Below, piece after piece: positions 42,399 through 57,812 of a DNA stretch of 64,000 bases; position 1 is the first letter of the stretch; the number at the start of each line of letters is the position of its first letter. Origin of the DNA: Eledone cirrhosa (lineage: Eukaryota). The notes under the pieces were generated by a model. It was not told the DNA's origin and did not search any database. It saw nothing but the letters and a program-made list of their open reading frames with translations. The position numbers were made by a program, and so were the translations under genes. The stretch lies in NCBI GenBank assembly GCA_964016885.1, contig OZ024754.1, positions 7,936,001-8,000,000 of the forward strand, in the 5' to 3' direction.

Positions 42399-42498
42399 AA
42401 CCAAATAAATATATATAAATATATATATATATATAGATATAAGTATATATATAAATATAAATATATATATATAGAGAGAGAGAGAGATATATAAGTAT

Positions 42499-42529
<31 letters not shown>

Positions 42530-42602
42530 GAGAGAGAGAGATATAAGTATATATATAAATATAAATATATATATAGAGAGAGAGAGAGAGATATATAAGT
42601 AT

Positions 42603-42635
<33 letters not shown>

Positions 42636-43091
42636 GAGAGAGAGATATATATAAGTATATATATAAATATAAATATATATATATAGAGAGAGAGAGATAT
42701 ATATATAAGTATATATATAAATATAAATATATATATCTATAGAGAGAGAGAGAGATATATAAGTATATATATAAATATAAATATATATATATATAGAGAG
42801 AGAGATATATATAAGTATATATATAGATATATATATATATAAATAAATATATATATATATATATAAATAAATATATATATATATATATATAAATAAATAT
42901 ATATATATATATAGAGATATAAATATATATATATAGAGAGAGATATAAATATATATATATAAATATAAATATATATATATAAATATAAATATATATATAT
43001 AAATATAAATATATAAATATAAATATATAAATATATATATATAAATATACAATATTAAATAAATGGAAAACTATATTTATAAAACCATATT

Positions 43092-43157
43092 TATTTCATT
43101 ATATATATTTCGGGGATATCATATTAACAATATGCTATGCCTTCATCAGACAAAATA
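43092..43157 (-). ncRNA. hammerhead family H1 copy D1
   Basis: TATTTTGT-CTGATGA-AGGCATAGCATATTGTTAATATGATATCCCC-GAAATATATATA-ATGAAATA. Confidence 0.72.
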
Positions 43158-43449
43158 CAAAATATATATAAATATATAAATATATATATAGATATAAATA
43201 TATATATAGATATAAATATATATATAGATATAAATATATATATAGATATAAATATATATATACATATAAATATATATATAGATATAAATATATATATAGA
43301 TATAAATATATATATAGATATAAATATATATATAGATATAAATATATATATAGATATAAATATATATATAGATATATATATATATATTTATATTTATATC
43401 TAAATATATAAATATATATATATATATATAAATATATATAAATATAAAT

Positions 43450-43484
<35 letters not shown>

Positions 43485-43758
43485 AATATAAATATATATA
43501 TATATAAATATATATATAAATATATATATATATATAAATATATATAAATATAGATATAAATATATATAAATATAGAGATAAAAATATATATATAAATATA
43601 AATATATATATAAGTATAAATCTATATATATAAATATAAATATAAATATATATAAATATAAATATAAATATATATAAATATATATAAGTATATATATAAA
43701 TATAAATTTATAAATATATATAAATATATATAAGTATATATATAAATATAAATTTATA

Positions 43759-43792
<34 letters not shown>

Positions 43793-43984
43793 AAAATAAA
43801 TATATATAAATATATATATATAAATATAAAAATATATATATAAATATAAAAATATATATATAAATATAAAAATATATATATAAATATAAAAATATATATA
43901 TAAATATATATATATATAAATATATATATATATAAAAATATATATATATATAAATATATATATAAAAATATATATATATATAAA

Positions 43985-44015
<31 letters not shown>

Positions 44016-44034
44016 TATATATATATAAATAAAT

Positions 44035-44069
<35 letters not shown>

Positions 44070-44074
44070 AAAAT

Positions 44075-44105
<31 letters not shown>

Positions 44106-44125
44106 AAAATATATATATATATAAA

Positions 44126-44156
<31 letters not shown>

Positions 44157-44759
44157 TATATATATATAAATAAATATATATATAAATATATTTATATAAA
44201 TAAATATATATATAAATATATTTATATAAATAAATATATATATATATATAAATAAATATTTATTTATATATATATATATATATATAAATATAAATATATA
44301 TAAATATAAATATATATAAATATAAATATATATATAAACATATATATATAAATATAAATATATAAATATAAATATATATATATAAATATAAATATATAAC
44401 TATAAATATATAAATATATATATAAATATATATATATATAAATATATATATATAAATATATATATAAATATAAATATATATATATAAATATAAATATATA
44501 TATAAATATATATATATAAATATATATATAAATATATATATATAAATATATATGTGTAAATTAAATATCAATAAACAGACCAAGTTTTTTTTTTCATTCT
44601 GATGATTGAGTGCAAAATTCTTTGCTTTTAAGTAACCACTGGTAAATGGAATAATTGCCTTATGTTGTTTATTACATAACTATATAAATATATATAAATA
44701 TATATATATAAATATATATATATAAATAAATATATATAAATATAAATATATATATATGA

Positions 44760-44800
<41 letters not shown>

Positions 44801-44915
44801 TATATATAAGAATATAAATATAAATATATATATATATATATGAATATAAATATATATAAATATATATATATATATATATGAATATAAAAATATTTAAATA
44901 TATATATGAATATAA

Positions 44916-44949
<34 letters not shown>

Positions 44950-45619
44950 GAATATAAAAATATTTAAATATATATATGAATATAAAAGTATTTAAATATA
45001 TATATATATGAATATAAATATATATAAATATATATATATATAAATATATATAAATATATATATAAATATATATAAATATATATATCTAAATATATCTAAA
45101 TATATATATATATAAATATATATAAATATATATATATATATAAATATATATAAATATATATATATAAATATATATAAATATACATACATTAACAGAAAAA
45201 GCTGTAAGCTATACTCTGACTGGCTTCCATCTCACTCAACAAACATTAGGATATACCTTAGTATAATCCCAATTTTACGTTTGGTGTGCTAACTATATGT
45301 ATTTTGCGGAAAGCCAGTTGTATTATTTTATATGAGACATAATTAAAATGTATCTCCCTTTCCAAACAATTGTTTCATTATAAGTTTCCTACAAGTTGGG
45401 AAAATGTGTCCAGGTTATGTAGAAGCCTGCACATATTCCGTAGGAATATTTGCAGGTGGGCACTTATAAATCATCAATGGATGCCCGTCATACATCGATA
45501 TATATAAATATATATATAAATAAATATATATAAATATATAAATATATATAAATATATATAAATATATAAATATATATATATATATATATAGACATACACA
45601 AACACATATATAGACACAC

Positions 45620-45658
<39 letters not shown>

Positions 45659-46372
45659 AGTATATAGAGAGAAAGTATGGCTGAATAAAAGTACTTTGTG
45701 TTTGTACATGTAATACTGCTTTTATATTAATGTTTGTCGACAAAAGCAGCAATGAAAAGTTTCCGGTTTTATGTTTTTTATATCAATTTCTTTCCTTTTT
45801 TATATATTTATATATATATATATATATGTATTTGTATGTAAGTGTATGTATTTGTATGTATGTGTATGTATGTGTGTATATATATATATGTGTGTGTATT
45901 TATGTCTGTGTATATGTGTGTATGTGTGTGTGTGTATATATATGTGTGTGTGTATATGTGTGTGTGTATATATATGTGTGTGTATATGTGTGTGTATTTA
46001 TGTCTGTGTATATGTGTATATATATGTGTGTGTATATGTGTGTGTGTATATATATGTGCGTGTGTATATATATGTGTGTGTATATGTGTGTGTATATATG
46101 TGTGTGTGTGTGTGTGTATATGTGTGGGTACGTGTGTATATATATACACACACAGATAATTGTTTCTACTTTTGGCACAAGGCCAGCAATTAACCAGTAC
46201 ATTACTGATAGTTTATTTTATCGACCCGTAATGATGAAAGGCAAAGGTAACCTCGGCGCGATTTGAACTCAGAATGGCAAGGGGCGTAACTCTATGCGTC
46301 AAAGCATGGCGTCCGGCCCTCTACCGATACTGCCAATCCACAGCCATACACACAGATAATGATCGCTATATA

Positions 46373-46415
<43 letters not shown>

Positions 46416-47018
46416 CATATATATATGAGAAAAACCATAGACCCTCCATCTCAACTCTAATTTTGAGAAGCAGAAGAACTACGAAACTGGTAAAAGAACC
46501 AAATAAATATATATAAATATATATATATATAGATATAAGTATATATATAAATATAAATATATATATATAGAGAGAGAGAGATATATAAGTATATATATAA
46601 ATATAAATATATATATAGAGAGAGAGAGAGATATAAGTATATATATAAATATAAATATATATATAGAGAGAGAGAGAGATATATATAAGTATATATATAA
46701 ATATAAATATATATATATATAGAGAGAGAGATATATATAAGTATATATATAGATATATATATATATAAATAAATATATATATATATATATAAATAAATAT
46801 ATATATATATATATATAAAATAAATATATATATATATATAGAGATATAAATATATATATATATAGAGAGATATAAATATATATATATAAATATAAATATA
46901 TATATATAAATATAAATATATATATATAAATATAAATATATAAATATAAATATATAAATATATATATATAAATATACAATATTAAATAAATGGAAAACTA
47001 TATTTATAAAACCATATT

Positions 47019-47084
47019 TATTTCATTATATATATTTCGGGGATATCATATTAACAATATGCTATGCCTTCATCAGACAAAATA
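47019..47084 (-). ncRNA. hammerhead family H1 copy D2
   Basis: identical to 43092-43157. Confidence 0.72.
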
Positions 47085-47358
47085 CAAAATATATATAAAT
47101 ATATAAATATATATATAGATATAAATATATATATAGATATAAATATATATATAGATATAAATATATATATAGATATAAATATATATATAGATATAAATAT
47201 ATATATAGATATAAATATATATATAGATATAAATATATATATAGATATAAATATATATATAGATATAAATATATATATAGATATATATATATATATTTAT
47301 ATTTATATCTAAATATATAAATATATATATATATATATAAATATATATAAATATAAAT

Positions 47359-47393
<35 letters not shown>

Positions 47394-47661
47394 AATATAA
47401 ATATATATATATATAAATATATATATAAATATATATATATATATAAATATATATAAATATAGATATAAATATATATAAATATAGAGATAAAAATATATAT
47501 ATAAATATAAATATATATATAAGTATAAATCTATATATATAAATATAAATATATATAAATATAAATATAAATATATATAAATATATATAAGTATATATAT
47601 AAATATAAATTTATAAATATATATAAATATATATAAGTATATATATAAATATAAATTTATA

Positions 47662-47695
<34 letters not shown>

Positions 47696-47888
47696 AAAAT
47701 AAATATATATAAATATATATATATAAATATAAAAATATATATATAAATATAAAAATATATATATAAATATAAAAATATATATATAAATATAAAAATATAT
47801 ATATAAATATATATATATATAAATATATATATATATAAAAATATATATATATATAAATATATATATAAAAAATATATATATATATAAA

Positions 47889-47919
<31 letters not shown>

Positions 47920-47938
47920 TATATATATATAAATAAAT

Positions 47939-47973
<35 letters not shown>

Positions 47974-48029
47974 AAAATATATATATATATAAATATGTAT
48001 ATATATATAAAAATATATATATATATAAA

Positions 48030-48060
<31 letters not shown>

Positions 48061-48663
48061 TATATATATATAAATAAATATATATATAAATATATTTATA
48101 TAAATAAATATATATATAAATATATTTATATAAATAAATATATATATATATATAAATAAATATTTATTTATATATATATATATATATATAAATATAAATA
48201 TATATAAATATAAATATATATAAATATAAATATATATATAAACATATATATATAAATATAAATATATAAATATAAATATATATATATAAATATAAATATA
48301 TAACTATAAATATATAAATATATATATAAATATATATATATATAAATATATATATATAAATATATATATAAATATAAATATATATATATAAATATAAATA
48401 TATATATAAATATATATATATAAATATATATATAAATATATATATATAAATATATATGTGTAAATTAAATATCAATAAACAGACCAAGTTTTTTTTTTCA
48501 TTCTGATGATTGAGTGCAAAATTCTTTGCTTTTAAGTAACCACTGGTAAATGGAATAATTGCCTTATGTTGTTTATTACATAACTATATAAATATATATA
48601 AATATATATATATAAATATATATATATAAATAAATATATATAAATATAAATATATATATATGA

Positions 48664-48710
<47 letters not shown>

Positions 48711-48825
48711 TATATATAAGAATATAAATATAAATATATATATATATATATGAATATAAATATATATAAATATATATATATATATATATGAATATAAAAA
48801 TATTTAAATATATATATGAATATAA

Positions 48826-48859
<34 letters not shown>

Positions 48860-49529
48860 GAATATAAAAATATTTAAATATATATATGAATATAAAAGTA
48901 TTTAAATATATATATATATGAATATAAATATATATAAATATATATATATATAAATATATATAAATATATATATAAATATATATAAATATATATATCTAAA
49001 TATATCTAAATATATATATATATAAATATATATAAATATATATATATATATAAATATATATAAATATATATATATAAATATATATAAATATACATACATT
49101 AACAGAAAAAGCTGTAAGCTATACTCTGACTGGCTTCCATCTCACTCAACAAACATTAGGATATACCTTAGTATAATCCCAATTTTATGTTTGGTGTGCT
49201 AACTATATGTATTTTGCGGAAAGCCAGTTGTATTATTTTATATGAGACATAATTAAAATGTATCTCCCTTTCCAAACAATTGTTTCATTATAAGTTTCCT
49301 ACAAGTTGGGAAAATGTGTCCAGGTTATGTAGAAGCCTGCACATATTCCGTAGGAATATTTGCAGGTGGGCACTTATAAATCATCAATGGATGCCCGTCA
49401 TACATCGATATATATAAATATATATATAAATAAATATATATAAATATATAAATATATATAAATATATATAAATATATAAATATATATATATATATATATA
49501 GACATACACAAACACATATATAGACACAC

Positions 49530-49568
<39 letters not shown>

Positions 49569-49996
49569 AGTATATAGAGAGAAAGTATGGCTGAATAAAA
49601 GTACTTTGTGTTTGTACATGTAATACTGCTTTTATATTAATGTTTGTCGACAAAAGCAGCAATGAAAAGTTTCCGGTTTTATGTTTTTTATATCAATTTC
49701 TTTCCTTTTTTATATATTTATATATATATATATATATGTATTTGTATGTAAGTGTATGTATTTGTATGTATGTGTATGTATGTGTGTATATATATATATG
49801 TGTGTGTATTTATGTCTGTGTATATGTGTGTATGTGTGTCTGTGTGTATATATATGTGTGTGTGTATATGTGTGTGTGTATATATATGTGTGTGTATATG
49901 TGTGTGTATTTATGTCTGTGTATATGTGTATATATATGTGTGTGTATATGTGTGTGTGTATATATATGTGCGTGTGTATATATATGTGTGTGTATA

Positions 49997-50027
<31 letters not shown>

Positions 50028-50283
50028 ATATGTGTGGGTACGTGTGTATATATATACACACACAGATAATTGTTTCTACTTTTGGCACAAGGCCAGCAAT
50101 TAACCAGTACATTACTGATAGTTTATTTTATCGACCCCGTAATGATGAAAGGCAAAGGTAACCTCGGCGCGATTTGAACTCAGAATGGCAAGGGGCGTAA
50201 CTCTATGCGTCAAAGCATGGCGTCCGGCCCTCTACCGATACTGCCAATCCACAGCCATACACACAGATAATGATCGCTATATA

Positions 50284-50331
<48 letters not shown>

Positions 50332-50776
50332 TATATGAGAAAAACCATAGACCCTCCATCTCAACTCTAATTTTGAGAAGCAGAAGAACTACGAAACTGG
50401 TAAAAGAACCAAATAAATATATATAAATATATATATATATAGATATAAGTATATATATAAATATAAATATATATATATATAGAGAGAGAGAGATATATAA
50501 GTATATATATAAATATAAATATATATATATATAGAGAGAGAGAGAGATATAAGTATATATATAAATATAAATATATATATATAGAGAGAGAGAGATATAT
50601 ATATAAGTATATATATAAATATAAATATATATATATATAGAGAGAGAGATATATATATAAGTATATATATAAATATAAATATATATATATAGAGAGAGAG
50701 AGATATATATAAGTATATATATAGATATATATATATATAAATAAATATATATATATATATATATAAATAAATATAA

Positions 50777-50807
<31 letters not shown>

Positions 50808-51033
50808 TATATATATATATATATAAATAAATATATATATATATATAGAGATATAAATATATATATATATAGAGAGATATAAATATATATATATAAATAT
50901 AAATATATATATATAAATATAAATATATATATATAAATATAAATATATAAATATAAATATATAAATATATATATATAAATATATAAATATACAATATTAA
51001 ATAAATGGAAAACTATATTTATAAAACCATATT

Positions 51034-51099
51034 TATTTCATTATATATATTTCGGGGATATCATATTAACAATATGCTATGCCTTCATCAGACAAAATA
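51034..51099 (-). ncRNA. hammerhead family H1 copy D3
   Basis: identical to 43092-43157. Confidence 0.72.
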
Positions 51100-51285
51100 C
51101 AAAATATATATAAATATATAAATATATATATAGATATAAATATATATATAGATATAAATATATATATAGATATAAATATATATATAGATATAAATATATG
51201 TATAGATATATATATATATATATTTATATTTATATCTAAATATATAAATATATATATATATATATAAATATATATAAATATAAAT

Positions 51286-51318
<33 letters not shown>

Positions 51319-51586
51319 AATATAAATATATATATATATAAATATATATATAAATATATATATATATATAAATATATATAAATATAGATATAAATATATA
51401 TAAATATAGAGATAAAAATATATATATAAATATAAATATATATATAAGTATAAATCTATATATATAAATATAAATATAAATATATATAAATATAAATATA
51501 TATAAATATATATAAGTATATATATAAATATAAATTTATAAATATATATAAATATATATAAGTATATATATAAATATAAATTTATA

Positions 51587-51620
<34 letters not shown>

Positions 51621-51759
51621 AAAATAAATATATATAAATATATAAATATATATATATAAATATAAAAATATATATATAAATATAAAAATATATATATAAA
51701 TATAAAAATATATATATAAATATAAATATATATATATATAAATATATATATATATAAAA

Positions 51760-51790
<31 letters not shown>

Positions 51791-51804
51791 TATATATATA
51801 TAAA

Positions 51805-51837
<33 letters not shown>

Positions 51838-51856
51838 TATATATATATAAATAAAT

Positions 51857-51887
<31 letters not shown>

Positions 51888-51892
51888 AAAAT

Positions 51893-51923
<31 letters not shown>

Positions 51924-52524
51924 AAGATATATATATATATAAAATATATATATATATATATATATATAAATATATAAATAAATATATATATATATAAATA
52001 AATATATATATAAATATATTTATATAAATAAATATATATATAAATATATTTATATAAATAAATATATATATATATATAAATAAATATTTATTTATATATA
52101 TATATATATAAATATAAATATATATAAATATAAATATATATAAATATAAATATATATATAAACATATATATATAAATATAAATATATAAATATAAATATA
52201 TATATATATAAATATAAATATATAACTATAAATATATAAATATATATATAAATATATATATATATAAATATATATATATAAATATATATATAAATATAAA
52301 TATATATATATAAATATAAATATATATATAAATATATATATATAAATATATATATATAAATATATATATATAAATATATATGTGTAAATTAAATATCAAT
52401 AAACAGACCAAGTTTTTTTTTTCATTCTGATGATTGAGTGCAAAATTCTTTGCTTTTAAGTAACCACTGGTAAATGGAATAATTGCCTTATGTTGTTTAT
52501 TACATAACTATATAAATATATATA

Positions 52525-52556
<32 letters not shown>

Positions 52557-52591
52557 AATAAATATATATAAATATAAATATATATATATGA

Positions 52592-52630
<39 letters not shown>

Positions 52631-52647
52631 TAAATATATATATAAGA

Positions 52648-52678
<31 letters not shown>

Positions 52679-53329
52679 TGAATATAAATATATATAAATA
52701 TATATATATATATATATGAATATAAAAATATTTAAATATATATATGAATATAAAAGTATTTAAATATATATATATATGAATATAAATATATATAAATATA
52801 TATATATATAAATATATATAAATATATATATAAATATATATAAATATATATATCTAAATATATCTAAATATATATATATATAAATATATATAAATATATA
52901 TATATATATAAATATATATAAATATATATATATAAATATATATAAATATACATACATTAACAGAAAAAGCTGTAAGCTATACTCTGACTGGCTTCCATCT
53001 CACTCAACAAACATTAGGATATACCTTAGTATAATCCCAATTTTACGTTTGGTGTGCTAACTATATGTATTTTGCGGAAAGCCAGTTGTATTATTTTATA
53101 TGAGACATAATTAAAATGTATCTCCCTTTCCAAACAATTGTTTCATTATAAGTTTCCTACAAGTTGGGAAAATGTGTCCAGGTTATGTAGAAGCCTGCAC
53201 ATATTCCGTAGGAATATTTGCAGGTGGGCACTTATAAATCATCAATGGATGCCCGTCATACATCGATATATATAAATATATATATAAATAAATATATATA
53301 AATATATAAATATATATAAATATATATAA

Positions 53330-53362
<33 letters not shown>

Positions 53363-53369
53363 ATGATCC

Positions 53370-53462
53370 CGCTCGAGAGGGTTGGGTTCTGGCAGGCTTA
53401 AAATGACAAAGAAACGCCGTACGTCTATACAGCGTCCCTGCGACTCTATCAGGAGTTACGTG
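53370..53462 (+). mobile_element. 3' tail of SINE family B
   Basis: GGCAGGCTTAAAATGACAAAGAAACG..CTGCGACTCTATCAGGAGTTAC similar to 19170-19245. Confidence 0.65.
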
Positions 53463-54479
53463 ACCATACCATATCATACCATACCATACCATCATAAGCA
53501 TATGTAAACATTTACGTCCATGGTTTGGAGTTTCCAGCCACCCAGTGGCTAGTTCTGTTCTCCATATACTACAGGTAGTTCCTATCAACAGTAAGCAACA
53601 CACAAATTATTCATTTTATTAATTTCGACTGGAGTGTAGAGCGTATTATTCTAACTCCATCTTGACTAAATTATCAATTTTATTTTAAATTCCATGAAAT
53701 TTATTTATAAACGGATAGTTTGGATATTTAGTTTGTTTTTAATATATTTGTGATATAACATTTTCACATTGTTTACATTATAGAAATGACTCCAGGTGTT
53801 AACTCTATTAGATCAGCCTAATTGTAGATCTCTTTATTATACCAAATTTATCAATTGTGTGAGCTTGTCTCATTTAAAAATGTCGTATAAAACCATTAAT
53901 GTTTCATTGAAATTAACTGTGGTTTCTCTTCAACTAAATTCCATCAAATTATTCATCTTTAGGGAAATGTACTAAAAGGGTCCTTCTATAATATACGTTT
54001 GTGTAACGACGCACCAAGCAACTCCATTGATTCAAACCTCACAGCTTAACACAATGTGTTAATAGTAAAGTTAATAATGAGATCAATAGCATGTTTCATT
54101 CTAACGTCTATTATTTGAATATTGCCACAGCGCTATTACTGTATGTAGAACTAATTATATTATTTCAAATATACTTGTAAATTTGCATTGGCCATTCTCT
54201 GTGAATAATGTTAATATTTCATTTGCATTGACGTTCTAATCGTGTTTATAATCTTGATTTTATATACGACACATTCCTCAGTAGTTTCATTGTATTCTGT
54301 CTTACTAATTTTAAATCGCTTTACAGTAAATGTACTGCATCGTTACAAGGTCTCAAATGGTTAGGGTACAGGCGATTAAATTGAATGGCATGTACATAGA
54401 TCATTGCTCCAGCAGACGAGGAATTGTTGCAAATACGACCGAAGGAGTTAATCTCGGGACTAAATATAATGGAAATAAT

Positions 54480-54953
54480 AGCTATGACTGGCAAGCGGCT
54501 CAGCGACCGTATCTGTATCAGTGAGCTGCTCAACATTACCAAACTTAGACCAATTACATCAATTGTCAAGTCAAGAGTACTCAAACTATACGGTCATATA
54601 AAACGATCAACTGGTGGTGTGAATAGGTTATGCCTGGAAGGAATGTTGGCTGGTAAGAGAAGCAGAGACCGGCAGCCAAAACGATGGTTTGACAATGTCA
54701 ACTTATGGACTGGACTTGATCTTTGAACTCTGCTGTTGGTGATCAAAAGGTATTATATATTCCTGGAAGGAAGATAGGCTGGTAAGAGAAGCAGAGGCCG
54801 GCACCCAAGACGATGGCTTGATAATGTCAACTTATGGAGCGGACTTGATCTTTGCTCTTTAAACTCTGCTGTTGGTGATCGAACTTTGTGGAGAGAAATA
54901 TCACATGTTAATGTGCAGTCTGCAATTGGCAGAGTTTAGCGTCACAAGAAGAA
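54480..54953 (+). mobile_element. RTE-clade LINE 3' fragment with internal ~125-bp duplication
   Basis: ..ITSIVKSRVLKLYGHIKRS..LCLEGMLAGKRSRDRQPKRWFDNV (L..GH..R..EG...GKR.RGR...RW.D motif); 54633-54745 repeated at 54762-54880; AAGAAG tail. Confidence 0.85.
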
Positions 54954-54976
54954 TAGCTATTATTTGAATGAAAAAT

Positions 54977-55470
54977 AATAATTACTTCTCTATAGGCATA
55001 ACGCCAGCAATTTTGGGAGGAAAGGAAAGTCGATTAAATCGACCTCAGTACATTCCTAGTACTTTATTTTATCGACCCCGGAAGGATCAAAGGTAAAGCT
55101 AATTTCGGCGGGATTTGAACTCAGCTTTCTTGATTCCTGAATCAATTTAATTTCATGTATGGACCCGTAAATTCTGATGGAGTCGTAGGGCAGTTAGAAG
55201 TGTCAGGCTATGGACATTTTAAGGGCCCATTTCTCTTCGGGTCTCAAAGCCATTGATTTCTTCCAAAAGAAGGGGATGGTCAGAGAGAGAGAGCGAGAGA
55301 GAGGAACAAAGAACGAGATATAGAGGAATAACTGACCAGTGTATTGGACTGGTACTCTCTTAGTCAAAACTGAAAGGATGAAAAGAAAAGTTGACTTTAT
55401 AGGGATTTGAACTTAGGGTGAAGAGAAACGAAATTAATAGCATAAAGCATTCTATTTGGCTATTTAACGA
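54977..55470 (-). mobile_element. truncated SINE A (54977-55125) followed by old SINE B (55150-55470)
   Basis: reverse complements of the family A body and family B tail/body. Confidence 0.75.
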
Positions 55471-55854
55471 CTCGAATAATTTATAACAATTAATTTGTGT
55501 AATGCAATCCTTATCTCTCAACAGACAGTGTTAAACTTCACAGAATTAGTTTTATATCAACATTTGAGATGTAGATGATGAAAATAAATAGAAAATAAAT
55601 AATTAAGGTTGGTGAGAAATTAACGTAGATGAAGACGTGAAGCACACCGACCTAGGTCTGAATAAAACAATTAATGAAAATTAAATTAATGTATCAATGT
55701 CTTAATTAAAAAATAACATGTGCAGTTAATTTAAGATTCCTATTTCAAAACTCAACAAAAAAATAATTACGGAGATATATTTGTATATATTGAATTAATC
55801 AATTTTCCTAGTAATCATCGTCATTGAATAAGTCAGACTTATTCGACTTGTGAA

Positions 55855-56060
55855 GGTGCGTTCGATTCACGAGCGTAAGGTTGTAAGTTTGATGTCAGGG
55901 AACGTTTTTTTTTTTTATCCTTTCTCCTGTCAACTCAGCAGACAGAAATGACTTACAACTGTAATTTCAAGCCAAATGGCCAGTCGTGTCACACGCTACG
56001 TCACGCTGAATCTCCCCGAGAATAAATGAATAGCAAAACACACCAACATTCGTAGAGTGA
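55855..56060 (+). mobile_element. diverged SINE family C
   Basis: GTCACACGCTACGTCACGCTGAATCTCCCCGAGA is the reverse complement of ~62925-62960. Confidence 0.65.
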
Positions 56061-56194
56061 CCATGTTTACCTTAACTTAATTTTCAAGCCGAATCAGAGT
56101 ATCGAAATAGGTTACATGGTTTGGTTGGACCTCTATACAGATTCCGTCTACGCAATTTTAATTTTAAGGCTGACATCAGCTTGTGCCTATGGGT

Positions 56195-56283
56195 AAGACA
56201 TTTGCCCAAAATGCCACGCTGTAGGATCGAACTCAATACCTTATGATTACGACACAAACTTCTTATCAACTCTGCGATGCCTT
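56195..56283 (-). mobile_element. tRNA-head/CORE-start fragment of a SINE
   Basis: minus strand ..GAGTTCGATCC..GCGTGGCATTTTGGGCAAATGTCTT. Confidence 0.55.
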
Positions 56284-56415
56284 TATTCCCCCAGGCAATT
56301 AATGAATGTCGTTGAATTACTATCCTGTTCTGTGTCTAAGTTGTAGAGAGGAAAACGAGAAGGGAGAGGTTGACTAATAGAGTACTAACAGTGGATTTAA
56401 GTCTATTTCTAGATA

Positions 56416-56617
56416 TAATGGTTTCTCATATAGACACAAGGCCAGCAATTTGGGGGAGGGGAAGTCGATTAAATCGACCCCAGTGCGTGACTGGTACTTT
56501 ATTTTATCGACCCCGTAAGGATTAAAGGCAAAGTTAACCTCGGTGAGATTTGAACTCAGATCATAAAGGGCTGTAACTCTATGCTTCAAAGCAAGGCATT
56601 CGACCCTCTACCGCCCT
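56416..56617 (-). mobile_element. SINE family A (long tail)
   Basis: family A sequence. Confidence 0.9.
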
Positions 56618-57812
56618 TATTTCTACAAATAATACGTTCCACCTGATGATTGAATAGCAACAGTCCATCACACTTAAAATTTGATAAGTTCAACTACTCA
56701 GGAGTACACTGAAAGCCTCATCGTCAGGTTTCTAAAAGTTATTTATTTATCAAAGTCCGATTCTTCAAATAACTTAATTCTTAGATTTTCTAATGTTTAT
56801 ATCTACACAGTGCTTCTGATTCCTGGAGTGACTTTCTAATCTCCCAGTTACGCACCCTATCGAGTAACATAACTCCAAACACCTATTGGAAACCCCCCAA
56901 TTAAGGCCACATGTATTCACTATTCGGTCATTACCCAAGATTCATGCCGTTAGGTAAGGGTTGGCAAGGATACAGAATTGAAAATAGGGAATTTAGAAAT
57001 CTCTCCATATTTGACAACAATATGTTATGTCATCAGATGCAGTGAATACAATGTTTTATATTGGAGCTCTCTCAACTTTACTTCCTTATAGGAAGCCAAC
57101 TGGTTGTACTATATATAATTTTCATGTGTATTTTTATAGCAGTGTAGAATTTCCAGAAACATTTACAACTCTGGTGAATATTTCTGAAAGAAAATATAAG
57201 TACAACTAATATTTGTAATTAACCCCGGGAGTATAAAGTACCATATCAAAGCACACAAACACTGAAATATATTTTACTTTGATGTAACTAAATTCCTAAT
57301 ATACACAGTATGGTAGAATATTATATAGAAACGAAAAGAAAAACAGACTATTATACACCAGCTGCCAAAAGGATTGTGGATATCTGTAAATTTGTCATTT
57401 GTGAATTCTATATAACGATGAATTGACTCATATAAAAGGGAAAGATGGCGATTGTTAGATCAGACCAAAGAAACTATGTTTCCAATTGCTTGGACTATCT
57501 CTCGGTCACAACTCCTGACAAAAGTATCAACACAAACTATCTCTTGCAACCATTTCAGTATTCCCCAATCCACCTCCTGTGAATTGGTAAATTTACTAAG
57601 TCGGAATGGATGAAATGTAAATTGGATCTTGGTGAAATTCGAATCCATAGCACAACCAGCCAGAGCAAATAATGAGGCATATGATCCGATGTTCTAACAA
57701 CACTGCCATTCCTCCGAAGAAATATAATATTTGACGTATGACGAAACATAACATTTAAATATAATACATTGTTATTAAACACCTATAAGATGTCAAGAAC
57801 AGTTGTAGAAAT

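Larger units (their letters stand above)
41493..53361. repeat. three-copy ~4-kb tandem duplication (units start 41493, 45591, 49501)
   Basis: identical order of unique islands, SINE, H2 and H1 modules and TA tracts; unit lengths 4098, 3910, ~3860; junctions lie in (TA)n. Confidence 0.95.

Noticed and set aside
44600-44625. CTGATGA-TTG-AGTG-CAA in the 4-kb unit
   Set aside because: not followed by GAAA; no stems I/III
45414-45455. 42-nt symmetric exon candidate ([14 protein letters not shown])
   Set aside because: no polypyrimidine tract, weak donor GTGGGC; better explained as a hairpin
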